Position numbers and translations under genes: made by a program. From a virus (lineage: Duplodnaviria; Caudoviricetes), in IMG/VR virus record IMGVR_UViG_2690315932_000001, positions 7,616 to 71,615 of that record: 64,000 nt of DNA; one strand, given 5' to 3'. Positions 46,336 to 57,194 of the stretch are shown here, piece after piece. Numbering within the stretch: the first letter of the stretch is position 1; the number at the start of each line of letters is the position of its first letter. The notes under the pieces were generated by a model, which saw only the letters and a list, made by a program, of their open reading frames with translations, did not search any database and was not told the origin of the DNA.

Positions 46336-48335
46336 GACCACAGCTTCGAGAGCAGGCCTCCGAGCGCGCTCCAGCTCGCCTTGATCTGGTCGAGCAGCTT
46401 CTTGTCGACCAGCACCTTCTCCGGCTCCGGGGTCGGCTCGGGCTCCGCGTCGGGAGTGCGCGTGACGGGGAGCTGTCCGTACTCCCCAGCGACGGCGCGC
46501 GTGAAGTCCACGGTGTCACCCCACTGGCCGTTGGACCACTGCTGGAGGTGTGCGCGCGCGTCCCACTGGCCACCCGACCACGCGTAGGTCTGGAAGCCCC
46601 ACGTGATCTTGCCGGCATCGAACGCGGCCTTGATGATCCGGTAGCCCGCGTAGAGGCCGACGCGCTCTCGGCCGATGACCGAGGCGGCCCCGTCGAGCGC
46701 GGCGAGGATCTGGGCGAGGTCTCCGTCCGCGGCGTCGAAGTCGACGTTGAAGTAGATGGGGTAGTTCGACAGGCCGAGCGACGTCAGCAGCGCCTCCGCC
46801 TTCCGCGCGACCACCACGCCGGCGTCGCGGCCGCCCAGGAGCTCGCGGCCGTCCTCCTCGTAGATGAACCACACGGCGATGCCTGCCGCGCTGAGCGCGT
46901 CGAACTCGGGGCGGGTGATGCCCTTCGAGTTCGGCCACAGGTAGCGGCCTGCGTGCCGGATGCCACGCGAGTAGAGCATGGCCGGGTCGGGGCGCGCGAA
47001 GGAGTAGTCGACGCCGTGGACCGACCCCGCGGGCGGGAAGGCGAGGCCGTCCGAGGTGCTGCCCCAGATGCCGTCCTGGTCGATGCTCTTGGACGCCTGG
47101 AAGGCGATCACGCCGGCGCGGTCGCGCGAGTAGCCGAGGGAGGCGAGGAAGTCGCCGATCTGCGCAATAGAGCGGCCCGTCCGATTGTCGATGCCCTCCG
47201 AACCCGAGGGAGTCGGGGTCGGCGTGGGGGCGGCAGTGAAGCGGCTTCCGTGGTTGAGGAAGTTCTGCAGCGCCTTGATCGTCTGCACGCCCCAGTCGCC
47301 GTCGACGTTCACGCTGAGTGCCCGCTGGAGTGCCTCGCGGGTCTTGGGCCCGATCTCGCCGTCGAGGTCGTCGCCGGTGAATCCGAGGGCGGCCTGGAGG
47401 GCCTTGATGGTCTTCGGGCCGAGTTCGCCGTCGACGTCCTCGCCGGTGAACCCGAGGCTGATCTGCAGGGCCTTGATCGTCTTGGGGCCGAGGTCGCCGT
47501 CGAGCTCGAGCTGCTCGCTGGTCGGGAAGCCGACGGCGTCGGACGCCGGGCCCCAGATGCCGTCGGGCTCGAGGCCGTGGGCGCGCTGCCAGTCAGCGAC
47601 CTTGGCCGTGGTGTCGGGGCCGTAGATGCCGTCGGGGTTGGCGCCGACGAGCTGCTGGACCTCGGAGGTCGGGCGGCTCGTGATGTTGCGGCCGACCTTC
47701 TCGGCGGCCTTGGACTGCAGTGCGGCGCGAGTGGCGGGGCCGCCGATGCCATCGACCTTGAGGCCGTTCTTGCTCTGGAAGTCGCGGACGGCCGCCTGGG
47801 TCTGCGATCCGTCGTAGCCGTCGACGGTGATGTCGTAGCCGACTGCACGCAATTCGTTCTGCAGTGCCTCGACGTGCTCGGCACCGTACGCGTCTCGTGC
47901 GGGGAAGTCCGAGCCGCCGCTGATGCGCGCTGCGAGGAACGCGAGGGGGTCGACCTGGCCGTAGTTTCCGAAGTGGAGCTGACCGGGGGTGATCTCGAAG
48001 TGGAGGTGCTTGCCCTGGGCGCTGCCGCTGGAGCCCATGACGCCGACGGCGTCGCCCTCGTTGACGTAGGTGCCGTCGCTGACGAGGGAGCGGGCTTGGT
48101 GCAGGCTCTTGGAGAAGAAGCCGTCGTGCTGGATCCACACCTGATCGCCGCCGTTGGACCAGCCGGCCGGGGCACTGCCGGAGCAGCGCACGATGCCGCT
48201 GGCGACGGCGCGAATGATCTCGAACCCGACCATGTCCCCGCCGCGGTGGTAGGTGGACGCGTTGCCGGATGCCTCGCGCGGCCCGAACGGGCTCGTCACC
48301 TCAGGGCGGTTGGTGGAGCCATTGGGGTAGCGCAT
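46332..48335 (-). CDS. Endolysin: M23 peptidase, multiple PG-binding repeats, GH25-like/DUF1906 domain
   Basis: HRGGD, HLHFE; repeated DG..GP.T; GVDYS, YFNVDFD, FQTYAWS. Confidence 0.9.
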   Translation of the reverse strand: MRYPNGSTNRPEVTSPFGPREASGNASTYHRGGDMVGFEIIRAVASGIVRCSGSAPAGWSNGGDQVWIQHDGFFSKSLHQARSLVSDGTYVNEGDAVGVMGSSGSAQGKHLHFEITPGQLHFGNYGQVDPLAFLAARISGGSDFPARDAYGAEHVEALQNELRAVGYDITVDGYDGSQTQAAVRDFQSKNGLKVDGIGGPATRAALQSKAAEKVGRNITSRPTSEVQQLVGANPDGIYGPDTTAKVADWQRAHGLEPDGIWGPASDAVGFPTSEQLELDGDLGPKTIKALQISLGFTGEDVDGELGPKTIKALQAALGFTGDDLDGEIGPKTREALQRALSVNVDGDWGVQTIKALQNFLNHGSRFTAAPTPTPTPSGSEGIDNRTGRSIAQIGDFLASLGYSRDRAGVIAFQASKSIDQDGIWGSTSDGLAFPPAGSVHGVDYSFARPDPAMLYSRGIRHAGRYLWPNSKGITRPEFDALSAAGIAVWFIYEEDGRELLGGRDAGVVVARKAEALLTSLGLSNYPIYFNVDFDAADGDLAQILAALDGAASVIGRERVGLYAGYRIIKAAFDAGKITWGFQTYAWSGGQWDARAHLQQWSNGQWGDTVDFTRAVAGEYGQLPVTRTPDAEPEPTPEPEKVLVDKKLLDQIKASWSALGGLLSKLWS

Positions 48336-48404
48336 CGCGATTCCTTCTCTCGGCGGGCTTTGCGCCGCGGAGTCTAGGGGTGGGCTTTCGGCAATCCGCC
48401 TTCC

Positions 48405-49121
48405 CTACGCGGTGGTCTCGTACTGGTAGGTGACGGACAGCACGGAGTTCTGTCCCCACGTCGCCGGGAACGTCGGCCCCATCCAGCGGGTGACGCGGGA
48501 AGCGTCGCGGAAGATGATCTGGTGGCGGGGGGTATCGACCGCGGGGGACAGGAGCGGTGCGCTCGTCACGGCACCCCGGTAGATGGTGCCGCCGATCTGA
48601 GCGATGGCTTCGCCGGCGCCCCAAAGGCTCGTGGTGAGGATTCGGCCCGCGGGGTATCCGGGAACGGTCGGGAGAGTGGGTCCCCATCCCGTGCTGCCGA
48701 AGTCGGTGGTGGACCCGAAGATGAGGACGCCCGTGACGGTGATGACCTTGCCATCGACCCAGTAGCACCACGCCTGCTGCCCGTTCCCTGGTCGAAACGT
48801 CTGGGCGGAGTTGGTCGCCCAGTCGGGCGTGTATGACTGGGCCGCGATGGTCCGCGTCACGCGCCACCCCGCGGATCCGAGCGTTTCGATGAGCTTGAGG
48901 TCGCTGCGGTAGATCTGGTCGCCTGGGGCGAGGCCTTCCGTCGCCTTGACCGCGTCAACGTCGGCGGCGGTGGCGACGAACCGCCGCCGGGCGCGCGCGC
49001 TGTCGCTGCGGCCGGCGATCGCGGCATCCGCGGCTGCGCCCATGATGGAGGGGGTGATGTGCCAGTCGATCGGATCTTCCGGTCCCGGGAGCCAGACCGC
49101 GTTGGGCAGGATGCTGCCCAT
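48405..49121 (-). CDS. Minor tail protein
   Basis: Position; beta-rich C-terminus similar to next gene. Confidence 0.6.
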   Translation of the reverse strand: MGSILPNAVWLPGPEDPIDWHITPSIMGAAADAAIAGRSDSARARRRFVATAADVDAVKATEGLAPGDQIYRSDLKLIETLGSAGWRVTRTIAAQSYTPDWATNSAQTFRPGNGQQAWCYWVDGKVITVTGVLIFGSTTDFGSTGWGPTLPTVPGYPAGRILTTSLWGAGEAIAQIGGTIYRGAVTSAPLLSPAVDTPRHQIIFRDASRVTRWMGPTFPATWGQNSVLSVTYQYETTA

Positions 49122-49801
49122 CAGCCACGCCTCCATCGGAGGTTGAGGCTGAGGACGTCGGGGGCCGCCCACGCGAACGGCTGGTCGGTCTGTAGGTAGG
49201 CAAGCCCGCCGGCGGATGCATCGAAGAGAGTCGCGGCCTGCGTGAAGGGGTTCGTGCCCATGCCGACGACGACACCGGTGTAGTGGCGGTCGGCGGATGC
49301 GTCGTAGGCCGAGCACGTTCCGACGGAGGAGACCGATCCGTTAATCCACGTCGGGAACGGCAGGACCAGCCGCGCCCCTGCGCCGCCGCCCGGCATGGTG
49401 GTCGAGCTGCCGAGGATGAAGCTGCCGGTGAGTGTGATCATGTCGCCGGCGACGCTGTAGAAGAAGTTCGAGGTGCCGTTGCCGTTGTTGATGCCGGTGT
49501 GCGCGAGCGGCCACGCGATCGGCTTCGTCGTGCGGACTACCTTCCACGCGGCGCCGTCGTACATCTCCCACCAGGCAGTGTCCTCGACGAAGACTTCGTC
49601 GCCGTTGATCGGTGGCGTGGTCGTAGCCAGGTCAGTCTTCTCGGTCTGGTTGGCGACGGTGTAGCTGCGCGGCTGCCGCTTTCCGACGCCGAGGCCGCCG
49701 ATCGCGTCGGAGAACGACTTCGCGACGTCTTGCATGAGCTTGGCGGGGTCGACGAGATCCTGCGAGTCGGGGACCTTGACGCCGTTGGGCAGCGTGATCA
49801 T
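49121..49801 (-). CDS. Minor tail protein
   Basis: Position; YDGAAW motif, beta-rich C-terminus. Confidence 0.65.
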   Translation of the reverse strand: MITLPNGVKVPDSQDLVDPAKLMQDVAKSFSDAIGGLGVGKRQPRSYTVANQTEKTDLATTTPPINGDEVFVEDTAWWEMYDGAAWKVVRTTKPIAWPLAHTGINNGNGTSNFFYSVAGDMITLTGSFILGSSTTMPGGGAGARLVLPFPTWINGSVSSVGTCSAYDASADRHYTGVVVGMGTNPFTQAATLFDASAGGLAYLQTDQPFAWAAPDVLSLNLRWRRG

Positions 49802-49932
49802 CGCGTGGCCCCCTGGGCTAGGCGCTCGAGCGCGGTGATGCGGCGCTCGTAGTCCGCGATGCGTTCCTCGAGCTTGCGCTCCCACTCCTTGGATTCGGGT
49901 CCGAGGTTGGCCTTGGCTCCGTCGAGGGCCAC
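49798..49932 (-). CDS. Small coiled-coil protein
   Basis: SD AAGGAG; ERRITALER (manual). Confidence 0.55.
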   Translation of the reverse strand: MALDGAKANLGPESKEWERKLEERIADYERRITALERLAQGATR

Positions 49933-49946
49933 GGTTCTCCTTGTCG

Positions 49947-52202
49947 TCAGGCCGCGGGGGCGGCGAGGTCGAGCGGTCGGATTGCGTAATCGTGCAACGT
50001 CATTCCCGCGTAGTCCGAGGCGTACTGTGCGAGGGTGCGGTTCTTCCCGGGCATGTCGCTGAGGCGGGAGAGTTTAGAGCAGGTCAACGTGCCCACTCCG
50101 TTCGCGTAGGAGACGCCGTCCACCCGGAAGACGTTGCCCTCCCAGGTCACGAGGGAACCGGCCGCGGCGGCCCATCCGCCGAGGAGGCCCATGGGCATCT
50201 GAGCGGTGAGTGTGATCGATGGGCCGGAGGTGCGCTGTGCGACCCACGCGGCGGCGTTGTAGACCTCGCCGATGTTGCCGATAGCGACGTTGGTGACGGT
50301 GCTGCCAGTCTCCACTCGGGTCTCTCGAGGGCATGCTCCAGAGGGGAGGGTGACCTCCGTCGGTCTGGTGGTCACGCCCGCCCCGAACAGGCGGAGCACG
50401 GCGTAGTCGCTGCTGTTGCTCGATTCGCCGATACGGAAGGGGCCTGCCACGCCGGGGATCGCTCGGCTGGGGCCGGTGAGGGTCATCGTGGCGACGCCGT
50501 CCGTGACGGAGACCGTGAGGCGGCCGCCATAGTTGGTCCACTGCACGGGGCTGACTGGGTACCCGTCCTGCGCGGTGATGTAGTAGCGGCCGACGGTGCC
50601 GGCCTCGAGGTCGGCGTAGCCATCGAGGTACTGCACGGCCGGGACGTAGATCCCTCGGGCGACCTTGGTGTTGTACCAGGGGCGAGGGGAAGCGAGGAAG
50701 CGGATGCCCTTGGGGACGGGCAGGTTGACGACGGTCGTCTGCCCGACGTCGACGGAGTAGATCGACGTCGCACGCCAGGCCTCCGAGCCCGTGATATCGA
50801 GGGTCTTGGTGCGGTGGTTGGTGACGACGACCGCGCGCGCTACGGACGCGCCAGAGATCGTTCGGCTCGCACTTGCGCGGCCAGTCAAGTCGATGACGCG
50901 GACGCCGGGGCGGCGCGCGATGATCCCGGAGGGGGTGGACGCGAGCTCCACGCCCCGGGCAGAGCAGACCTGCTTGACATAGTCCCAGAGCTCGCCGTCG
51001 AAGGGAGCGATGGGCGAGCCTGCTGCGAAGGAGGCGCCGGCGTCTGGGGTGATGGCCGGGTTGAGCGCGTAGTCCGTTCCGATGAACGAGGCCCACCGGT
51101 CGGACGTCGAGCTGGCCACGACGAGGTCGCGGAATCCCTGACCGGCAGTGCTCTGCTGGATGATCCACTGCTTCGAGTAGAGGGTCGCGAGTTCTCCCAC
51201 GAGCGGCTGTGATGTCGCCGTGAGGGTGCTGCTCTGCCCGGCGCTGGATGCCGCGACGGCTCGTACCCGGAGCGCGCCGCCGACGGTCGCGATCTCGATG
51301 CACACCGTGACCGGGCGCGTGCGGGCGAGAGCCGCGATCTGGCCCGTGGTGGCCGTTGCGGTCTGAGTCGCGGCCGCGGTGTCCTGGCTGAGGACAGTCA
51401 CCGTCAGGGCGCCCGTCGTCGACACGAGGTTGCTCGTGACGGAGATCGACGTCGTGTTCGCGATGTTCGAGTTGTCGCCGATGCGGCGGAAGCTCGGGCC
51501 GAAGCTGACGGAGAAGGTCACCGGGGCGATCGAGGTGTAGGGGTTGATCGTGAACTTGATGTACGTCCGCTCGCGTGTGTGTTGGACCGTGCCGCCGATC
51601 ACGCGGCGCGGGAACCCAGCGGCGCTCCAGGTGTTGGCGGCGGCGTGCCGGCTGATCTCCTGGTAGAGCACCGTCTCGCCGCCCTCGCTGGCGTAGTTCG
51701 GCGACCCGTTCGCCGAGAGGAGGCTGCGGTCGGCGGTCTTGGGGCTGAGGATGTCGCCAGCGGAAGAGACGCCGACCGTGTGACCCTGCAGGGACCAGTA
51801 ATCGTCGCCCGCATTCGGGCCTGTCTGCCGGAGGAGGCCCGCGGCCTGGCAAGCGACGTCGAGCGCGCTGAGGGGCAGGCCCGTCTCGATTCCGGGGATT
51901 TGCATCCGACTCGAAATGAACACGCCGAAGGCGGAGTCGGTGTTGAGTGTCGCCTGCGTAGGGCCGGTCATCCCGACCCGGTTGACGGTTTCGGGAAGGG
52001 CGGTGTCGTAGCCGGGCACCGGGTGTGCGAGCCCGAGGCGGTTGCCGTCGACGAGGTCGGTGTCCGGGGTGCGGATGACGCTCAGGGTCGCGTCTCCGAT
52101 CGACGTGGTGGTGTCGCTGACGACGAACGGCGTAACGGTCTCCGTGACCGACCAGTCCTGGATGTTGCCGAAGCTGCCGCTGCCTGCGTTGGTCGCCTTC
52201 AT
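49947..52202 (-). CDS. Minor tail protein (hub/Tal-like position)
   Basis: About 751 aa, T/S-rich, second gene after TMP. Confidence 0.75.
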   Translation of the reverse strand: MKATNAGSGSFGNIQDWSVTETVTPFVVSDTTTSIGDATLSVIRTPDTDLVDGNRLGLAHPVPGYDTALPETVNRVGMTGPTQATLNTDSAFGVFISSRMQIPGIETGLPLSALDVACQAAGLLRQTGPNAGDDYWSLQGHTVGVSSAGDILSPKTADRSLLSANGSPNYASEGGETVLYQEISRHAAANTWSAAGFPRRVIGGTVQHTRERTYIKFTINPYTSIAPVTFSVSFGPSFRRIGDNSNIANTTSISVTSNLVSTTGALTVTVLSQDTAAATQTATATTGQIAALARTRPVTVCIEIATVGGALRVRAVAASSAGQSSTLTATSQPLVGELATLYSKQWIIQQSTAGQGFRDLVVASSTSDRWASFIGTDYALNPAITPDAGASFAAGSPIAPFDGELWDYVKQVCSARGVELASTPSGIIARRPGVRVIDLTGRASASRTISGASVARAVVVTNHRTKTLDITGSEAWRATSIYSVDVGQTTVVNLPVPKGIRFLASPRPWYNTKVARGIYVPAVQYLDGYADLEAGTVGRYYITAQDGYPVSPVQWTNYGGRLTVSVTDGVATMTLTGPSRAIPGVAGPFRIGESSNSSDYAVLRLFGAGVTTRPTEVTLPSGACPRETRVETGSTVTNVAIGNIGEVYNAAAWVAQRTSGPSITLTAQMPMGLLGGWAAAAGSLVTWEGNVFRVDGVSYANGVGTLTCSKLSRLSDMPGKNRTLAQYASDYAGMTLHDYAIRPLDLAAPAA

Positions 52203-53098
52203 CCCCAGTCCCCGATCTCGACGAGCTTTACCGAGAAGCCCTTGGATCGCAGCGCGGGATCCCGCGGTGCGTACTTGAGCGTCTCCGTGATGCCGCCGGC
52301 GAACCGCAGGCCGCCAGCTCCCTCGCCGGAGACGAAGGGCTGGTTGTCCGCGACGATTGTGGCGCCCTCGGGGACGACGATCGCGCGCATGGCCGCGAGG
52401 GAGATCGTTGAGCTGGTGGCATCCGTGCGCGCGAGGAAGATGTCGACGAGACGGTGGCCCGCAGAGTACGGGAAGAGGTTCGTGGCTTGGAGGGAGAGTG
52501 CCCCGGTGGTGTCGGCGGGGGCGAACGTGGTGGTCGATTGGGTACCGTTGGCCATGGTGGATCGCACCGCGACGACGGCAGATCCCGTGCGCCAGCCGTG
52601 GCATCCGAAGGCGAGCTGGTAGCCGGGTGGGATGAGGATGGTGAAGCGGCGCGCGGGCGTGGCGTCCGTGCTGAGGTTGGTGGGTGCGTACGTGACGGTG
52701 CGCGTGGGCAGGCCGAGGAGGCCGGGGCTGGCCGTCGGCGCGCCGACGCGGGGCGCCGTGTAGATCTCCGGCCAGTCACCATCGGCGATAATCCCGGGCG
52801 TCGCCCAGGCGGGGGAGAGGAGGTTCGTGTCGGCGGCGAACGGGTCGACCCAGTAGAAGGGGCCGGGTCCCCACACGCCATCCAGAAACTCCTTCACGAC
52901 GCGGAAGCTCGCCGGATTCTGGGTGGACCACTCGGCGACGCCCTCGCGGTGGGAAGCCTTCGAGTCGTCGACGTAGACCCCGCCGCCCTCGAGGGCGATC
53001 AGGTTGGACCGCTTGACGTTGGACCAGGCCATCCCGACGTCGGGGGCGGGGATGTAGGTCTGCTTCTGGCGGTTGCCGAAGTAGATGGTGCTGGCCAT
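52199..53098 (-). CDS. Minor tail protein (Dit-like position)
   Basis: First gene after TMP; GPFYWVDP. Confidence 0.75.
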   Translation of the reverse strand: MASTIYFGNRQKQTYIPAPDVGMAWSNVKRSNLIALEGGGVYVDDSKASHREGVAEWSTQNPASFRVVKEFLDGVWGPGPFYWVDPFAADTNLLSPAWATPGIIADGDWPEIYTAPRVGAPTASPGLLGLPTRTVTYAPTNLSTDATPARRFTILIPPGYQLAFGCHGWRTGSAVVAVRSTMANGTQSTTTFAPADTTGALSLQATNLFPYSAGHRLVDIFLARTDATSSTISLAAMRAIVVPEGATIVADNQPFVSGEGAGGLRFAGGITETLKYAPRDPALRSKGFSVKLVEIGDWG

Positions 53099-56000
53099 CA
53101 GATTCCTCTCGAGATGCTGGCGTTGCCAGCGGATGCAGTCTTGGCCAGCGCGCGACCGTCGGCCCAGAGCATGGCGGGGCGTTGCGCCACCGCGTCGGCG
53201 ATACGCTCGACCGACTCCTGGGCGAGCGAGATCGGCGCGCCCAGGCCCCCAGGGCCGGCGCCGAAGAAGTTGCCGGTGCCACCCGTTGTGCCGCCGTTGG
53301 CGAAGCCACCGCCCGACCGCCCCGCGGCGTGCCAACGTGCGAGGTTGTTCACTCCGAAGTAGCGGGTGGCCTCCTGCGAGAAGACGAACTCGCCCTTGTG
53401 AACGGGGCCGGCGACGTCGTACTTCGCGCCGTCACCGGTGTAGCCGCCGTCTGCGAAGCCGGCGAACGGGTTCCTGATGTCCTCGCCCCAGTTCCAGAAG
53501 TTGCTCCAGATCGTGCTGACCATGTACCCCCAGGGGTCGTCTTTGGGGCTGGTGAAGGTGCCACCACCCTCTCGCTCGCGCCCGCTCTTCTTGATGCCAT
53601 CCGGGATGCCGCGCCCAAGGGCCTCGCCCGCCGCCGTTCCTTGGGCGTAGGCCTCGTTCTGGTCGGCGGTGATGTCGACGTCGATCTTCTTCTCCGCGTT
53701 CTTCGCGAGGAACTCGTCGAGGGCGCGCTGAGCGGGGTCGACGTTGGCGTCGAGGGTCACATTGCGCGGGAATCTCTCGATGATGTCGCTGAAACCCTGG
53801 AAGGCGGGCGAGAAAATTTCGTTGACCTCGTCGGACGAATAGCCCATCTGCGTGAGCTGATTCTCGAACTCGGTGCGGAGCTCCTGCGCTTTGGTCTTCA
53901 GGTCGTCCTGTCCCACTCCGCTGTTCGCCAGGGCGGTGAGGTACTCCTCATACGCCGTCACGAGTTTCAGAACGTTGTCGCGGGCGGCGACCGCGGCGTC
54001 CGAGTTGCCGGCCAGGGAGTAGTTGAGCGCGTCCTGCGCGGTGATGAGTTCACCGTTGAGGTTGCTCAGGTCTGCTCGCTTGGCGGCCGCGTCGGAATCG
54101 ATCTTCGCGATCTGGCTAGCAAGTTCGGACGCGCGAATCGTGTCGCCATACTGGGACGCGATCGCGAGGGAGTATTCGAGGCCCGTGCGGTCGGCGCCGA
54201 GGCCGGTCAGCTCTGCTTCGGTGTCGCGAATCTTCCGTCGGAGGTCGTCGACGGACTTGGTCGCATCCGCGGCCTCCTTCCGCATCCGGCTGTACTGCGA
54301 GAGCACCTTGTCGTATGCGATGCTGCTGCCGAAGCGGAAGGTGACGGAGTCGGAGAGGATCGAGCCGAGGTCGCGGGCGTAGTCCGAGACTGTGCGGATC
54401 TTCTCGCCGAGGTCGTTGACGCCCTTGCCCGCCTTGCGTGCGGAGGCGTCGACGAAGTCCAGCCCGACGGCGAGGGAGTTGGAGGTGATGGTCGCGTCGG
54501 TGGCGGCTTTGCCGGTGGCCTCGATTGCGCGCTGAACGGCGTCGATTGCGTCCGCGCTCGCCCCCGTGGCCACGAGCTGCTGCTGTACGCCGAGGAGCAG
54601 GTTTGCGAGGAGCTGCGAGTCGCCTCCGGCGGTCTTGGTCGCGGAGCTGATGACGCTCTCCAGCGCCTTCATGTTGTCGCGTCCGCCGGTGCTGTAGATC
54701 GAGAAGTCGCGGCCGTGCTTCTGCATCGACTGGCCGAGGGAGAACAGGGCGCCCTCCATGTCGGCCTGCGAGAGCTTGAACTCGTTGGCGGCCGCGACGG
54801 CGTCTCGGATGGCGTCCGCATCCTCGAGCATGAGCCCGGCCTGGTCGCCGGTCTTGTCGTTCGTGGTGGCCATCGCATCGGAGAGTTCCTTTTGCGACGA
54901 TGCCGCATTCAGTCCTTCCGCCGCCATGCTGCCAAGCAGCGTGAGAAGCGGGCCGACACCCGTCGACCCAAGGAGACCGATGATCGCCACCCGTGCTGCC
55001 CGAGCCCCGACGGCAGTGGTCTCCAGACCCGCTCCCGCGGCAGCACCGCCCGCGCCGGCGGCAACCAGGGCGGGCGCAGCCTTGCGAGCCTCGACCTGCA
55101 GGCCGAACAGGGCGAGGACGAGGTTGACGACCTTCGCGACGGCGGGCGGGAGCTGGCCGTCGAGGCCCGCGACGGCCGTCTTGAGTGCCAGGAGCGACGC
55201 GCCGGTGGCCGCGGCACCGCCGACGATCAGCAGCAGCGCGCCGAGGAGTGTGGCGAGCCCCGTGACGATGATGCTGAGGAACTGACCCATCGGCGTCTGG
55301 GCCAGGGCGGTGAGCACCTGGAGGACCTTCTGGGCTCCGACGACGAGGCCGAGGAGCGCCTGCAGGGTGGGGCCGCCGGCGGCATCCGCGAAGTTTCCGA
55401 GCTCGTTGACGAGGATCTGGATCTGCGCAGCGACGGTGCCCACCGTGACTGCGAATGCCTTGTCCATGAAGCCGTTGTTGACGCCGTCGGCGGCGTCCTG
55501 GAACGACTTCTTGACGAGGTCGGCGTTGTTGGATAGCGACAGGAGGACCGGCGCGACGCGCTGGCCGTCGAGGCCGAGCTGGTTGAGTGCCTGGGTGGCG
55601 TTGTCGACGCTGGAGAATCCCTCGGTGAAGGCACGGAGCGCGTCGGCCGGCTTGGACTTCCACTCGGCGACGAACTGGTCGACGGTCATCCCCGAGATGG
55701 CGGCGTAGTTCCGCAGCTTCGCGCCGCCGGCAGTGACAGCTCCGTCGATGGCGCGGAACATGTCCTGGATCGCCGAGCGCGCCCGCTCCGGCGGCACTTG
55801 GAGGGACGCGAGCGCGGTGGCAAGGCCAACGGTCTCCGTCGCGGCGAAGCCCACCTGGCGCGCGTAGGGTGCAATTTCGGCGGCGACGGAGAGGATCTGA
55901 TCCTCCGTGGCCGCCGATTCGGTACCGGCGAAGCTGATGGAGCGGGCGAGCAGCTCGTAGCCGTCGGCGTTGAGGCCGAGGATGTTGACGAGGCGGCCCA

Positions 56001-57183
56001 GCCGCAGGCCGGACTGCTCAGCGGCAATGCCGGACAGGGTGGAGAACTTGGTGACCGACTCGGTGTACTTCGCGACGTCCTCGGCCGCGACGCCGAGCTG
56101 GCCGCCGACACTCGCTGTCTCTGCGATCTTGCCGAACGTCTCGGGGATCTTCTGGGTCAGTCCGACGAGCTCCTTGCGAAGCTCGGTGAGCTGACCGATT
56201 TCGCCAGTGTCGGCATCGAAGCCCGCCGTGCGGCGGACGTCGGCGAATGCTCGCTGGCGCGCGACGGCGACAGCCTCGTACGCGCCGACCAGCGCGAGGA
56301 GCCCGGCGCCCGTTACGGTGGCGGTGGTGGATACGTCGTAGAGCGCGTAGCGCTGGCTGATGAGGTTCTCGGTGTGCTTGCCCGTGGCGTCGGAAGCTGC
56401 GAGGGCGGCTCGCATCTCTTCGTCGAATGCCTTCGCGGCCGCGCGGTTGTCGGCGGCGATGCGCTGCCGGTTGAGGAGGCGCTCCGCGGCTGCACGCTTC
56501 TTGGTCGCGTCCTCCATGCGCGCCTCGGCGTCCGCGGCCTCCTTGACCGCGCGGGCGTTCTCGGCCTCGGTCTTGGCGGTGTCGTTGCTGAGCGACTTGA
56601 AGTTCTGATCCCAGGACGACGACGCCGACTTCTCATCCGTCCGACGAGCGGCCCGCGCGCGAGCGCGCTCCGCCTCCGCCGTGCGGTTGATCGCGGCCTC
56701 CATGCGCGCCTCGGCGGAGACGGTCTCGGAGGAGAGCTTCTCGCGCTCCGCACGCTCCTGGCGAATCGCGCTGATGATGTTCGCGCTTGCGGCGTCGTCG
56801 ACGTCGAGGATGTGCTGCTTCTGCTCCTCCGTGAGGGAGCTGAGCGGCTTGGCGCCGTCCTCGAAGGAGCCCGTGACTTTGCCGCGGGCGTTCTTCGCGA
56901 ACGCGTCCTGGGAGTCCTGGACGGTCTTGAGCGCCTTCTTCCACGCTTCGTCTGCGGTCCTTGCCCCGGCGGCAAGGTCCCCGCCAGCCTTCTTCCCAGC
57001 TCCGCCGAGATCGCGGAGCTCGTTCTCCATCTCGACGATCTTGCCGGTGACGCGCTCGAAGTCGCGGCGGAGGTCGGTGTCGAGCTGTTCGCCCAGACCA
57101 TCGAGGTCGCTGCGGGCTTTCTGGATGCCCTCGAGGACGACCTTGAGCCGAAGCTGCGCGTCCTGACTCAGTCCCTCGATCAC
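53098..57183 (-). CDS. Tape measure protein
   Basis: 1361 aa Ala-rich helical; TP901-like core; C-terminal GFADGGYTG..VHKGEFV. Confidence 0.92.
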   Translation of the reverse strand: MIEGLSQDAQLRLKVVLEGIQKARSDLDGLGEQLDTDLRRDFERVTGKIVEMENELRDLGGAGKKAGGDLAAGARTADEAWKKALKTVQDSQDAFAKNARGKVTGSFEDGAKPLSSLTEEQKQHILDVDDAASANIISAIRQERAEREKLSSETVSAEARMEAAINRTAEAERARARAARRTDEKSASSSWDQNFKSLSNDTAKTEAENARAVKEAADAEARMEDATKKRAAAERLLNRQRIAADNRAAAKAFDEEMRAALAASDATGKHTENLISQRYALYDVSTTATVTGAGLLALVGAYEAVAVARQRAFADVRRTAGFDADTGEIGQLTELRKELVGLTQKIPETFGKIAETASVGGQLGVAAEDVAKYTESVTKFSTLSGIAAEQSGLRLGRLVNILGLNADGYELLARSISFAGTESAATEDQILSVAAEIAPYARQVGFAATETVGLATALASLQVPPERARSAIQDMFRAIDGAVTAGGAKLRNYAAISGMTVDQFVAEWKSKPADALRAFTEGFSSVDNATQALNQLGLDGQRVAPVLLSLSNNADLVKKSFQDAADGVNNGFMDKAFAVTVGTVAAQIQILVNELGNFADAAGGPTLQALLGLVVGAQKVLQVLTALAQTPMGQFLSIIVTGLATLLGALLLIVGGAAATGASLLALKTAVAGLDGQLPPAVAKVVNLVLALFGLQVEARKAAPALVAAGAGGAAAGAGLETTAVGARAARVAIIGLLGSTGVGPLLTLLGSMAAEGLNAASSQKELSDAMATTNDKTGDQAGLMLEDADAIRDAVAAANEFKLSQADMEGALFSLGQSMQKHGRDFSIYSTGGRDNMKALESVISSATKTAGGDSQLLANLLLGVQQQLVATGASADAIDAVQRAIEATGKAATDATITSNSLAVGLDFVDASARKAGKGVNDLGEKIRTVSDYARDLGSILSDSVTFRFGSSIAYDKVLSQYSRMRKEAADATKSVDDLRRKIRDTEAELTGLGADRTGLEYSLAIASQYGDTIRASELASQIAKIDSDAAAKRADLSNLNGELITAQDALNYSLAGNSDAAVAARDNVLKLVTAYEEYLTALANSGVGQDDLKTKAQELRTEFENQLTQMGYSSDEVNEIFSPAFQGFSDIIERFPRNVTLDANVDPAQRALDEFLAKNAEKKIDVDITADQNEAYAQGTAAGEALGRGIPDGIKKSGREREGGGTFTSPKDDPWGYMVSTIWSNFWNWGEDIRNPFAGFADGGYTGDGAKYDVAGPVHKGEFVFSQEATRYFGVNNLARWHAAGRSGGGFANGGTTGGTGNFFGAGPGGLGAPISLAQESVERIADAVAQRPAMLWADGRALAKTASAGNASISRGI

Positions 57184-57194
57184 GGGCGCGGAGT

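Noticed and set aside
48405-49801. Diversity-generating retroelement target in tail genes
   Set aside because: No reverse transcriptase and no TR/VR pair seen; the two genes share only loose protein-level similarity.
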